DNA of 63,797 nt, counting the filler, from Paramecium tetraurelia (Eukaryota), in assembly GCA_000165425.1 (NCBI GenBank). It is 6 parts of 6 records of this genome, joined end to end, with 100 filler letters (N's around TTAATTAATTAA, not from the genome) between each part and the next. Parts side by side here need not be neighbours in the genome. Positions count along the whole stretch, not along the records: positions 37,727 to 56,344 come from CT868103.1; 5 more parts are not named here. One strand, given 5' to 3'. The notes below the pieces were generated by a model, which saw only the letters and a program-made list of their open reading frames with translations, was not told the DNA's origin and made no database searches. Position numbers and translations under genes: made by a program. Every line of letters begins with the position of its first letter. The first letter of the stretch is position 1. Positions 39,063-53,000 of this stretch are shown here, piece by piece.

Positions 39063-40548
39063 AACTCATGAATTTTGATGTTTTTCCATTTACAATTAAA
39101 CAATTAAGCCTAATTTAAATTAACTCCACTTATATCCACATTATCAAATTCTGATTCATTCAAATTGCATCTTACAAAATTTCCACCAATTAAAGAAGTA
39201 TCTTTTATCTTAATATTTTCAAAACATTATTCTCTCAAATCTACCTTCATTTCAACCAATATATTCAGAGCATTCGATCCGCATTAGATTAATCTTTCGT
39301 CAATAGATGTCAATTAAACAAGGAATTTCAAAAATTCAATGATGTACTAATCCTAAGTTATTTTTTTAATTAATTCCTTTCTTGTTTAATTAGAGTTATC
39401 ATTTGAATAATTCTTCTTATTTATGTCTATTTCGCTAATATTTTAAATCATAGAAGTAATAAATTTCAACTGAGTTTATTTTTTAAAGAACTCTAAACAA
39501 TTAGTAATTTNNNNNNNNNNNNNNNNNNNNNNNNNNNNNNNNNNNNNNNNNNNNNNNNNNNNNNNNNNNNNNNNNNNNNNNNNNNNNNNNNNNNNNNNNN
39601 NNNNNNNNNNNNNNNNNNNNNNNNNNNNNNNNNNNNNNNNNNNNNNNNNNNNNNNNNNNNNNNNNNNNNNNNNNNNNNNNNNNNNNNNNNNNNNNNNNNN
39701 NNNNNNNNNNNNNNNNNNNNNNNNNNNNNNNNNNNNNNNNNNNNNNNNNNNNNNNNNNNNNNNNNNNNNNNNNNNNNNNNNNNNNNNNNNNNNNNNNNNN
39801 NNNNNNNNNNNNNNNNNNNNNNNNNNNNNNNNNNNNNNNNNGTAATTTTCTAATTTCTCAGCATTTAAATTAGCTCATTCAGGTAGGATCCATCAAAGAT
39901 TTTAGATTAAATTAAGACCTAAAACAAATCTTCCTTTCTGTTATAAACCTCTGTAATTACTTTAAAATTTTGAAAATTGTGTTATGGACTATTATCCTTT
40001 TTAATTAATTCCAACATCTCCTTCATTTCTTTATTCAACTTTCCACAAAAAGCCTCCGTTTCTTAGTTCCAATAATTCTTTGTCATTTCCAACCTCTTCA
40101 AAATGGAATTTTTCTGATCATTCCAATCATCTAATGGTTTTCCAGTAATAATTTAGACTAACTTTTCTAATTCTGTATTTGACAATTCCAGAGGATTAAC
40201 ATTATTGAAATTCTTAAAACAATTCTCTTCCCTTTCTAACTAATCATATATCAGTTTAATTGAATTCTCCAACTCTTCCCAAATTTATTTTAACTTACTC
40301 TAAGTTAAAGCCAACATTTATTTAAAATTCAATCTTTAAGTTGTTATTTAAGATGTTTCATTGAGCAGAGATTCTTTTAATTTCTTTAAAACCTTTTGTT
40401 GAAATATCTTTGTTGGAACAGTATGATTTTTGAAATTCTCTCCATGTTCATATTGGCATTCAACACACAATCTCCTTTAAAATTAACACTAATGAGGTGC
40501 AGTACACACAAGTAATACTGAACTATCAATATGATAAGTACAATTCAT
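37727..40548 (-). CDS. B-box-like ZnF + coiled coil + pentapeptide-repeat + high-identity WD40-repeat protein, 3'-truncated
   Basis: ATG 40548 starts MNCTYH...[22 protein letters not shown], followed by a helical region. Then [16 protein letters not shown]...[39 protein letters not shown] and repeats of [42 protein letters not shown]. Spans an N gap. Confidence 0.93.
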
Positions 40549-40879
40549 TCTCTTTTAAAAATAATATTGAATTTCTATTACTTTATTTCAAAATTTATAT
40601 TAATCAAATAGTAACTGTTAAATTTTTGACAATTATGGATAGTGAATAAAAATATAAAACAAATTATTCTTAATTTTAAAGAAGCCTTACATTTGAATCC
40701 CCAACCCAAATTCTCCTCAATTCCTACTCAATACTTGAATTTTTAATTTGTTTTTTATTTCCAAACGATATTAATAACCAGTCCATATAGATTATAAACA
40801 CCCTCAAAATTTTAGAGACTCCCCCAACAACTATTTTTTTCTACACCCCCTAAATATTTTGACTAACCCCCAGATATGA

Positions 40880-42990
40880 AAGAGGTAGGTGTGAGTGTAT
40901 GAGGTAACCTGTTGTTAATTTTCATTATTATCCTGTTATCCCTTTTCATTATTATCCTATAATAACTCTTCATTATTATCAATGCTATCCTGTTATTCCT
41001 TTTCATTATTATCATAATTATCCTGTTATTCCTTTTCTTTACTATCCTATTATTCCTTTTCATGATTATCCTGTTATTCCTTTTCATTATTAACATTATT
41101 ATCATTATTGTCCAATTATTCCTTTTTATTTTGTTATTCTTTTTCATTTTTATCATGTTTTATATACTTTTTCATTTGCCAATTATACATTTGAATCAGA
41201 TAATTACTTCTGTAAAACTCATAAAGTATATTTGGGAAATTTTTGAGAAAATTAATCTCAAATTAATTATCTCAGAGGCTTTCCATCATTTTAGGCAACA
41301 CTTAAACTATTATTTCCATCATATATGGAGTTTCTACCAAAATACATAAATTGATTTGCCTCATCATATTTTCAACCCTTTCAACACTCCACAGTTTTTA
41401 TAATTTTATCATTAGAGTTCTTAAAGCTCCTTGATTTGAAATTTATGTTTACCAATCATATATTTCAAAAATCAACATTTTAATACTGTGCATTGTGAAT
41501 TTTTTTAAGTATAACATTATTTGATCAGGATTAAATTTTTAAAGCTGAATTTCCTTTAAATTTTTCCTTATTACCAGGAGCAAACCAAAAGGCATAATTA
41601 CAACTTGTAAAAATTTCACTTCTTGTGGTAAAAATGACAAGCGGGTCTGACCAATTTTATTTGACTTTGTTATTCATATATAAATTTTTCAAAATATTCT
41701 CTAGCTTCATTTCATCATAGCTATCCATTATCAATAAAAATCTGAATTCTTTCTTCTCTAAAATCTCTTTGCATTCTTTTAATTAAAGTTCGTCAAAACC
41801 ATACTCATTTTAACGAAGTGTCTCTTCAACAGCTTGAAAAACTGGGTTTTTTAATTGAAGGTAAAGAGATATAAACAGGTATAAGCACTTGATTTCTAAT
41901 TTTTTAATTTTTATTATGTAATTTCCATATAAATTCTTCTATTTTCTTTGCCGAAGTACTTTTGCCAGATCCTGCTTAAACATGTATTAACAAGACCGTT
42001 TTTTTTTCCTCATTTAACTCCTGTAATAAAAATTCATTCACTTCCCCTCCACTATCGTTTAAATCCTTCTAAAATTCATCAAAATACTTTACTCCTCCTT
42101 CCCTTTCTCTAAGGTTTTTAAGGGGACATAAATGGTCTTAACGTTTTTGTATGCTGCTTCTTTCAATACATTCCATTTTCTAATTTCAAATAGTTGCTCA
42201 ACAGATTTTCCTCTCAAAAATTTAATATCATTGCCAATGTTTTTGAGTTATTCCTTCATTTCATTAATTTTCCCCTCCACTCTGATTAAACCTTTTCGGA
42301 TATGATGAACAAAATCAGTTATCAATCTAAAGTTATTGACCCATTTCACTGATATTTTCAATTTATTGATCTAATTGCTTATGTGGTCTCATCAAGTTCT
42401 TTCAGATATATATCTCGCTTATTAAGATTAGCCTCATGAGAAATTTATTCTTACAATTCATCAATTCTGCTCAACATTTCCTACATTTTCCCTGCAATTC
42501 TATCATGTTAAGACTACCAATCTTTTGACAAAATCTGCGTTTACAGACTTACCAATTTTTAATTTTTTAAAAGGTTTCGAACTCTTATATCTTTTTCTTG
42601 AACTCACAATTAGATTAGAGCTTTCTAACAAAAAGAAGCAAGATTATCTGAAAAACAATTGGATGAAATCTAAATTATAGTAAAAACTAGACCCTATTTA
42701 ATTTTCCATTCTTCTTTATTTGTAAAGTGGAACCTCTAAACTAAATTATCTAATAAACTGAATTATTCTTTTGATTCTTCCACATAATCTATTTCACTGC
42801 CATCCTCTAAGTATATTTATTTTATTTATTGAATTAGAAAATCTTAATCAACTTGGATGTTTGAAATACTTCCTTCTTAATCTAATTTTTCTTGTAAATA
42901 AAATTCTAAGCAATTAAGAAAATCAAAGAGTATTTTCATTATCATTAACCCTTTTAAAAATTTTGGTTTCCAAACTTTCTAAATACAAAT
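40880..42990 (-). pseudogene. Decayed NACHT-type STAND NTPase gene
   Basis: Walker A VLLIHVQAGSGKST (first Gly replaced by Val, ~41995-41955), IPVYISLP, Walker B FLLIMDSYDE, VIFTTRSE and ETPYMMEI. There is an in-frame TGA at 42604-42606 at a probable Trp, several frameshifts, and both ends are missing. Confidence 0.88.
40905..41150 (-). repeat. Coding minisatellite (24-33 nt units, DNNEKEQQ) at the end of the NACHT remnant
   Basis: ATCCTGTTATTCCTTTTCATT variants lie in tandem. The minus strand in ciliate code reads NNEKEQQDNHEKEQQDSKEKEQQDNYDNNEKEQQ in frame with the preceding protein. Confidence 0.85.
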
Positions 42991-43029
42991 TAAAAATTTC
43001 ATTATCCTTCTAATCTAAATTAATATATG

Positions 43030-43270
43030 AAAATTTTAATTATTCAAACTTTTGAATAAATCAGTTATACGATTTGATTCACAATGTGGATAATCAGAAG
43101 ACCAGATGCATATTGATCATTAGTTTCTCCATCGATGAAAAAATTTGTTATATCTCTAAAATGGAACTACTTATGAATTCCAATTAAAATACCTCCAGGT
43201 TGTCCTTCTCTTTTTTTATCACCTTCATATTTATATTTAACTGTGTCTTATTACGATAAGGACACACCTG
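43030..43270 (-). mobile_element. Possible second APE-endonuclease (LINE) fragment
   Basis: The minus strand gives KYKYEGDKKREGQPGGILIGIHKQFHF then DYPHCESNRITDLF, resembling the R..GGGV.I and YxP motifs of APE domains. Confidence 0.4.
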
Positions 43271-44009
43271 GTTGAAGATAAAACCTTACAATCTTACATT
43301 TAATTTAATTATAGATTTGAAGGTCAAGCTGAACATCTTAATGACTTTTACAAAATAGTATTAGCTAAGGATGACTAATAAATAGAGATAGGTATCATAA
43401 TACTCTGAATTATCATGTATTTTTATATATATAAAAGTTTTTATCATCTTTTAAACTAGATATTGAGTATTATCATAAATTTAATATTTTAAGTGAATTA
43501 GATTTATCTACTGAAAAAATAAATATTTCATTATACAAATTTTTCATAATTTGAAAAATTTGCTAATTGAGAATTATGAATTTTAATAACGGGTTTATAT
43601 CTTATTAAGATATCTATGTCAAGGTGGAACGTGTAGCTTATGAGGCTGATTGAAAATAATTCATACACTTGTAAAGTTTGTTATTGAATGTATGAATAAT
43701 GGAAATTTAGTAAGTTTCTATGAAATGAAGTAACAATTAATTTATTTTTCCATAATAATGAAAATTTGTAATTCCTATCTAATACATAAAGATTAAAAGA
43801 AGTATTAATTTAAAAAATACTGATAGATGAATTGAGTAAGAAAGGAGGAAATTAAAAAAAAGAATGTGATAAAGTTAGACTAGTATTGGTCAATGGTGAT
43901 GAAATTTTATTATTGGAAAGATTATTAAATAAAATAAATTTTTAGATATCTAAGCCTCCTTTACAAGTAATTTTTTATTAAATAAATATCATTATTTAAA
44001 TTAAAAAAA

Positions 44010-47000
44010 ATGTTACAGAATGATGGTGAACCAGAATCCCCTATGCAACCTCTTCCTGATCAAACTTCTCCATAAGAGATTACTAAGATTGAACTACCTG
44101 ATTAGTCATCACCTCGTCAGCCAGAATCCCCAAAAATGGATAGGGGATCTCCTGATCATACGAGTCAAATCTCAGAAGACTAAGAGGAAGCCGTTCCAGA
44201 AGAAGAATGGTAGAAAACAAAGGAGGAATGGTTGGCTTAAGGAAAAACAGAGGATCCCCCTAGATTTAGAATACATCGATAGGCAGCCAGAAGAAAATCG
44301 TTATTGAAACTTGCCTCAGCTGGTGCTAATGGTAAAAGTTAAATAATATTTAGATTACGGAGCTATTTACGTGAGAAAATAAGTGTTAGAACACTTGGAC
44401 TCCTATGAAGTTGAACAATGGTAGTGGAAGAATGATCCTCATGATATTTTATCTATTAATTTTATGTGTAAGCATGGATAAGCGAATTTGTTTGCTTGGA
44501 TGACAGAATAAGGAATTTAAATGAGTGAGACAGATCCACCTAGATTAGAACCTGATGCATTTGATCCCGATTTTGTGTATTTTTTGAAACTGCCACACCC
44601 ATAAGATGTGATAATAAGTGAGGAAAATGTTGCTGAGTATGTCAGCGATGGTGTTATCAATATTAATTACTTGAAGACATTATTGAAATAAATGAATGCT
44701 TAATTCATACCATAATTTATTTAGGACTCCTCTTGGCCTGAAAATGTAAAAAAAGAGTTCTTGGCTCAATTACATAAATTCATGGCAACTCTTACTGAGT
44801 ATTCCTTCAGTCAAGAAGGCATTACTGAGTTGTATATTCCAAATGAAGACTTGAATAATATTGAGTAAGCTTCTCATGACAAAGACTTGTTGTAAAGATT
44901 AGAGGCAATCTTATTACATTGGTAGAGATAAATCAAAGACATTGTGAATAATTAAGAATTGGCTATTGAGAATGAGAATGCAGGTCCACTTGATGAGATC
45001 TCTTATTGGAGATAAAGAAAAAATAATTTATCGCACATTCATGAATAATTGGAGAAACCAGAGTTGAAAAGAATCATCCAAATATTGAGTGATAGTCAAT
45101 ATGTCTAGAGCTTCAAGGATGTTACTGAGAATATCAAATTGGGATCCAGTTAAGCAGAGGACAACTTAGAAAATCTAAAGATTCTGTATGAACCTTGCAA
45201 ATAGTTGGAGACAGCTACACCCAAGGAGATCCCAGAATTACTCCCGAATTTGTTATTCAGAGTGAGATATATCTGGGAGAAGTCTAGATACTTTAATACT
45301 CCAGAGAGGATTCAAGGATTGATCCATAAAATTTCAAATGAGATTATTAAGAGATGCAAGTCTAGTATCAATATCAATGACATGTTGGATGGTGATGTGG
45401 AGAAATGCATTTAAGATTTGAATGATTCAATTGAGTGTGGAGAACAATGGAAGAAGATTTACTAAAGAATGTCAGTTGCAATTGAGAAGATGTCATCATT
45501 GACTAAAGGACCTAAATGGGATTTCAATAATTCTATATTTGCTTAAGTTGATGCCTTCATCTCTCGTTGCAAGGAGTTATTGGAAATATGTGAAGGATAA
45601 TTGCAATTTGCCAGAAAAGGAGCTGGTAGTCACATTCCACAATTTGGAGGCAGCAAAGGTCAAGAGATTGAAGATAATCTTGAATAAATAAAGGATAGTT
45701 TTGCTAAGCATTTGAAACCAATCAGAGATATTCGTAAAACTGATAAGGATAAGATATTAGATGTGAAAGCCTCTAAGTGGCATGATGTCTTTAATGCATT
45801 TCGTAATGGAGTAAAGGATTTGGATGTTATGTACACCAATATTATTAATAATGCTTTTGAGAGTATGACAACAGTTCAATAAGGAGTTGAATTATTGGAA
45901 GCTTTTGATTAATTGGCTAAAAGACAATCGATCAAGAGGGTAGTTCAAAATAAGGCTATAGTAGTCTTAGAATTATTCATCTAAGAAATTGATGCAACAA
46001 AACATGAATTCGATAATATTAAGAAACTATAGTATTACCCTTTACAACATGGCTCATTTTCTGGACAGGCAATTTGGGTTAATTCATTGAGTCATAGAAT
46101 CATGAGAATGAGATATTGGATTGATTAGATGTACTTCATTGATGACTCGATTAAGAGAACTGCAATTGAGAAATTTGAATAGTTGTCATCGAATTTGAAA
46201 CAGTTTATCATAGAATCCAGGCTGAAGGAATGGAAAGAAGATTGTAAAGATCTGGAAGACATAGTTTTGACTACCAGATTAGACAAGTAGGTATTATTGA
46301 GAACAGATGAGAAACATCCAGATTTCTAATATAAGAAGGAGTCTTTGAGACCTAAGATTGGCCATTTAGAAAGCAATTTCGATAGACAACTGTTAAAATT
46401 GTTGCATGAGACTTCAGCTTGGTAGAAATTGATAGCTGTTGGTGTTGTGATTCCAAGTTATGCTAATGATTTTACTTAGAATCACAAGGAGAGCTTGAGA
46501 GTGCTCAGAGAGTTGGTGATGTTAGTTGTCAGAGAATACAACAACATTATTGACTATATGACAGAAACTGAGAAGAAATTGTTTGCTCAACATTTGGAGA
46601 CTGTCAATAAGGTAATATAACCATTGGCATCCCGATTGAGATGGAGTGCAAAGACAATCATTGATAGTTAAGTTAGGGATTGTCGTAGAGCTTGTTAAGA
46701 GATGTTCTTGAAATTGAAGATGTTTAAGACCAATATGGACAAGATAGATGGTAAATGCAATGAGATTGCCAATAAATTGTTGATAAAGATAGATCGTAAG
46801 AAGCAATATGATCACAAGTCCTTCGAGGAGGAATAAGAGAAACATAGAAGAGATATGTATTAGAAGTTGAAATAAATATTTGATGAAATAAGGAAGATAT
46901 TGTCTGAGACTTATGATCCATTTCTATTTGATAGGATTGAGGTCTAAACAGTTTGGTTGAAGTAGGTGAAGTCTATTGATTACAAGATCAAGGAGAGTTA

Positions 47001-50000
47001 TGAGAAGGCAGTAAAGAATTCATTGATTGATTTATAAAAAGTAATTGGTTCAGAGGATGGTAAGATCACTCCAGTGCCCATTTTCAAATTATCAGTGGAA
47101 TTGGAGAATCAATAACAGGAGTATCGACCATCAACAAACTATTTGAAACAGATGGTCTCTTAAACATGTGAATATATGAGAGAAATCATGAAAGATTTTA
47201 AGAGCATGGATGAAGTCATGAAGGAGGAGAGAAAGAAGAAATTAGATGAAGCAATCTTATTAAATTCTAAAGACTCCAAGAATCCGTAGGCTTAAAATAT
47301 TAGAAGAATGAGTGAAATATCTTAAGTTTAATAATAGGAGTAGGAGACTTAGATATCAGTTAGGAGTCTAGATAACGAACAGAATATCAAGATCAAGAAC
47401 GATAGTGATGGTTTGATTCAGAAAATCAATAGTAAATTGAGCAAGACTTGTGATGCTTTGAATTCAGTAGATGCTCATGGTTAATGGAAACGTTACGATT
47501 GGTATTGGCAATAGGCAAATTAGAAGGAGAAATTTATTAAGGACATGATCAACAGAAATGATCCAATTACTAATATCAAAACTCAATTGGAAACCTTTGA
47601 TTTACATTAAGGAGAAATCCAGCAATTAGAAACAACAAAAACCCAAGATTGCATCATCTTGGATAACACTTCAATTAAATCTACTTTGATTGATATTATG
47701 ATCTCTTGGTAGAATGCTTTCTTGAATGCAACTTAGGATAAAGCATTGCAAGATTTGAATTAATTATACTCACTATTCCAGACCTCAGAAACAAATTTGG
47801 ACATTGTTCCTTAAGATTTGTAACAATTAAAGAAGAGTAGTGATCTTTGGAATAAGTTGAATGAGGATAGACCATCCATTGAGGCTAAATTGGGTCCATT
47901 GGAAGATAAGTTTAAGTTGTTGGAGGATTATTCAATACAATTGAAAGATGATGATATCACAAGAAAGAACAATTTAAGAAACACTTGGGCTAATTTCAAT
48001 GTGATGTTGGATAGAATCTAAGAGAGAAACCGTAAAGTACACAACAATTTGTACTTGGAAACTCAGAAGAATTTGGATGAATTCATCAAGGAAACTGGAG
48101 ATTACAAGATTGTATTTTAGAGTAATGCTCCATATCAAGCAACCAATATGCCTCATGAAAAGGCATTATTAAATTTAAATGAATATTCTGAATAAGTTAA
48201 GCAATATCGTAAGAAAGAGGAATCAATGAAATTTGGTTTCGATTTGTTTAAATTCAACTACGTTCCATCTCCAGATTTGGAATTCATGGAGAAGGAGATT
48301 GCACAATTATCCTACATTTGGCACACCAAGGAAGAATGGGATTAATTTATTAAGGATATTGGAAGTACAGCTTTCAGAGATGTCAATTGTGACAATTTGG
48401 ACGAAATTGGTGATGATTATTTGAGGAAGTTGAAGGCTTTACCAAGAGAATAGTAGAAGTGGGAAATTGTTAATCACATGAAACAAATTATTGATTAATT
48501 CAAACAAACACTTCCTCTGATCATCATGTTGAGAGAACAATACATGAGAGACAGACATTGGGATAAAATGAGATAGCATCTAGGAACCAACATTGAACCA
48601 GATAGCAAAGACTTCAACATGGCTGAAATATTCAAATTGAATCTATTATCCTATGGTGAAGCTGTTAAGGATGTGTGTGAAGTTGCTAAGGAAGAATTCA
48701 AAATTGAAAATGCTTTGGATAAGATTGATTAGAGATGGGCTAAACTTGAATTGGAAATGGACACTTTCAAGAAGACCTACAAAATCAAGAAGACTGAAGA
48801 GATTTTCACTATTTTGGAAGATCATATGGCTGTTTTGAGTGCTCAAAAAACAACTGCCTTTTATGATTCATTCAAACCCACTATTGAAAGATGGGAGAAT
48901 TGCTTATAACAAATCTCAGAGACCTTGGAAATGTTATCTATAGTTTAAAGATAATGGATTTATTTGGAAGCCATTTTTGCCACTCAAGAGAAGGAATCTG
49001 AAAAACAATTGATGGGAGATATCAATAAGTTTGCAGCAATCAATTCTCAATTATCAGGACACATGAATCGTATCTATGAAGATAAGAATGTCAAAAGGTC
49101 ATTGTCATATGAGGGTTTCTATTAAGAATTATGTACAATGAATTAGAAATTGGACGAGAGTCAAAAGATCTTGTATTAATTATTGGAGAAATAACGTAAG
49201 GATTTCCCCAGATTCTATTTCTTGTCCAACGATGACTTGTTTGAACTTTTGGGAAACTCCAAAGACGTGTTCAAAGTCAATAAGCACATCAAGAAATGTT
49301 TCGAAGGTATCAAGAAATTCGATATCCTCACCCAATAATACTAGACTGGAAGAGCCAAATAAGATGTCTATGAAGTTTAAGCCATGGTAGCCCCAGATGG
49401 AGAAGTTGTTAAATTCACTACCAAAGTCCTTTGCGATTCTCAATTAGAGAAATGGCTTGGTTAGGCTGAGAAGACCATGAGAGATGTACTCAAGAAGGAA
49501 TTTATTCTCTACAATGTAGAGTATAAAGAAGAAGGAAGGAATGCGTTGGGTTGATAAATGGGTCAAGGAACATCCTGGATAATTGTTAATTACTGCCAGT
49601 CAATTGACATGGTCAGGTGATTGTGCCAATGTGTTAAATTAGATCTACAATTCTGAAAGACCAGAGAAAAATAGAGGCTGGAAGGCTATCAAAGATGAGA
49701 AACAATCATTCATCTTGGAATTGACTAAATTGATTCGTAAACCCAGTAATGAGGTCGATAGATTGAAATTGGTTGCTTTAATTACTATTGAGGTACACCA
49801 GAAGGAAATTATTGATCATCTCACAAAGAATTTGTCAATCTCCACATTCTTTTGAATGGTTGAAGTAATTAAGATTTACAGGCACAGCAGTTAATGATAT
49901 ATTTGAGTGTAAGGTTGAATAAGCTAATAGCAGTTTTGCTTATGGTTATGAATATTAAGGTAACAATGGTAGATTGGTTGTAACTGCTTTGACAGATAGA

Positions 50001-53000
50001 TGCTACATGACTTTGACAACAGCTATGCATTTGAAAAAAGGAGGTGCTCCTTAAGGACCTGCTGGTACTGGTAAAACAGAAACAGTTAAGGATTTGGGCA
50101 AGAATATGGCTAAATTTGTATTAGTTTTCAATTGTTCAGAAGGATTGGATTACAAGAGTATTGGTAGAATGTTCAGTGGATTAGTGCAAGTAGGTGGTTG
50201 GGGTTGTTTCGATGAATTCAATCGTATTGAAGTGGAAGTGTTATCAGTTGTTGCATAACAAGTGAGTCAAATAATGAATGCATTGAAAGAATACGAAAAG
50301 AATAAGGAGAAGTCATCCTTCCAATTGGATTCAGATGTGATACCCATCAATGATCAATTTGCTATATTCATCACAATGAATCCTGGTTATGCTGGTAGAT
50401 CAGAACTTCCAGACAACTTGAAGTCTTTATTCAGACCAATTTCTATGATGGTTCCTGAGAATGAAATCATTTGTGAAATCATGCTTACATCAGAAGGATT
50501 CAAGACTGGACATGCTCTCTCCACCAAGATGGTTACACTCTATAGATTGATGATCCAACAATTGTCTAAACAAGATCATTATGATTTCGGTCTAAGAGCC
50601 ATCAAGTCTGTTCTCACCTGTGCTGGTTAAATCAGAAGAGATAAATCCAATGAAATCCAGAAAGTCAAGCAAGATGAGAATGCTAGAGAGAATTAGAAGG
50701 AAAGTGAGATGGACGAAGCAAATCAAGAGACCTAGATTCTAATGAGGGCCATTAGAGATATGAACATTCCAAAATTTGTCTCTGAAGATGTCCCATTGTT
50801 TAATGCTCTTTTCAACGATCTATTTCCAAATGTTGACTTGTAAGAGTAAATAAATGAAACTTTGTTCAATGAAATTGAAACCCAGATGAGAAATCTCAAA
50901 TTGCAAACAAGAGTAGAACACATCAACAAAATCATCTAATTGTATGATTCAAAGAATACACGTCATGGTAATATGCTTGTAGGTCAATCATTGGCAGGCA
51001 AGACTACATGTTGGAAAGTATTGAAGAATTGTTTAAATTCATTGAATGAAAGAGAACCCAACAAGTATCCTAAGGTGAAGATTGAAGTGTTGAATCCAAA
51101 GGCTGTTACCATCAATGAATTGTTTGGTTATGTAAATTCTACTATGGAGTGGAATGATGGCGTGTTATCATCCATGATGGCTCGATTGTGCAAAGATGAA
51201 ACACCAGATCAAAAATGGATGATTCTGGATGGACCAGTCGATACACTTTGGATTGAATCTATGAATACAGTGCTAGATGACAATAAAGTGTTGACCCTAC
51301 TGAATGGTGATAGAATCTCATTACCTCCATAAATGGGATTGATTTTTGAAGTGGAGAATCTGGCAGTCGCCTCCCCAGCCACAGTGTCAAGAGCAGGTAT
51401 GGTTTATTTGGACATAAATGATCTCGGATGGAGACCCTACATTGAGAGTTGGGTTGAGAAATTGACAGATCCTTTGGTTTAAGAAACTATCTTTGAATTC
51501 ATAGAGAGATGGATTCCAAAACTCTTCAAACAAAGAAAGTGGTGCAAGGAAATCATACCATGCAGTGAAACCAATGTCATTATCTCATTCTGTAATTTGA
51601 TGGATTGCTTCTTTAAGAGTGAAAAGCAATTGTCAATGGACATTCAAAACAAGAGTGATGTTTATTGGACACTTCTTGAAAAGTGGTTTACATTTGGATT
51701 GGTGTGGAGCATAGGAGCCACAGTAGATGAAGATGGTCGTCGTATTATTGACTAATAGATGCGTGATATTGATTTGATTTTCCCCAGTCAAAATACTGTC
51801 TATGATTTCTTTGTAAACAGTGATAAAAATGAATGGGCTTCATGGGATGAAAAGTTGGGTACTGGTCAATGGAAACCTGAAAATAATAGTCCATATCACA
51901 AAATGCTTGTACCTACAACTGATCAGGTCAGAAACAAGAACATCATCACTAGATTACTTAGTAACAAAAATGCTGTGTTGGCTGTAGGATTGACAGGTAC
52001 TGGAAAGACTGTTTTATTGAATGGAGTTCTCCTTTAGATGTTTGAGTACACTACTATGAACATTGTGTTTTCAGCACAGACTTCCTCATAAAAGACTCAA
52101 GAAATGATTGAAAGTAAATTGGTAAAGAGATCTAAAAATAAGATGATTCCTGATGGCAAGAAAATGATCATATTTATTGATGATCTCAATATGCCCAGAA
52201 AGGACATTTATGGAAGTTAACCACCTCTTGAACTTATTCGTTAATGGATGGATTATGAAGGATGGTTTGATCGTACAAACAGAGAGCTATTCAAATTCAT
52301 TTTAGATATTCAATTCGTATCAGCTATGGGACCTCCAGGTGGTGGTAGAGCAGAAATCTCTACTAGAATTCAAAACAAATTCCATGTCATCAATTTTGTT
52401 GTGCTCTCAGATCAACAAGTCAAGAGAATCTATTAATCCATTTTGGCTTATAAATTTTAAGAATTTGAGGATGAAAATCAAATTACTCATTGAACCCATT
52501 GGCTAAGCCACATACAACTTATTCTAGATGGTCACAAATAACTTTTTGCCTACTCCTGCCAAATCTCATTATGTCTTCAATATGAGAGACATCTCCAAAG
52601 TCATTCAAGGAGTCTACTAATTAGACAGATTGTATTGTGATAACAAAATGACTGTACTTAGATTGTGGGCGCATGAATGTTTAAGAGTATTCCATGATAG
52701 ACTCATTAGTGTTGAGGACAGATAATTATGCAAATAATTGATCAACGATCAATTGGTCTCATGTCTCTAAACCACCATCAAAGAGTGTACTAATGAAAAT
52801 GAAGATGACACAGTCTTTGCCAATTTCATGGAGGAAAGTGGAGGCAAATACATTGAAGTGACATATAATGACAGAGAGAATTTGAAGAAATTCTTAGAGG
52901 AGAAATTGGTCTAATTCAACACTGAAAATAAGTCTAAGGCCATGAACATAGTTCTCTTTTAAGAAGCAGTCCATTACATTTGTAAGATCAATCGTATCAT

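Noticed and set aside
40863..41349. Provided ORFs with IIMKRNNR or hydrophobic repeats
   Set aside because: They are alternative-frame and antisense readings of the DNNEKEQQ minisatellite under the wrong genetic code.
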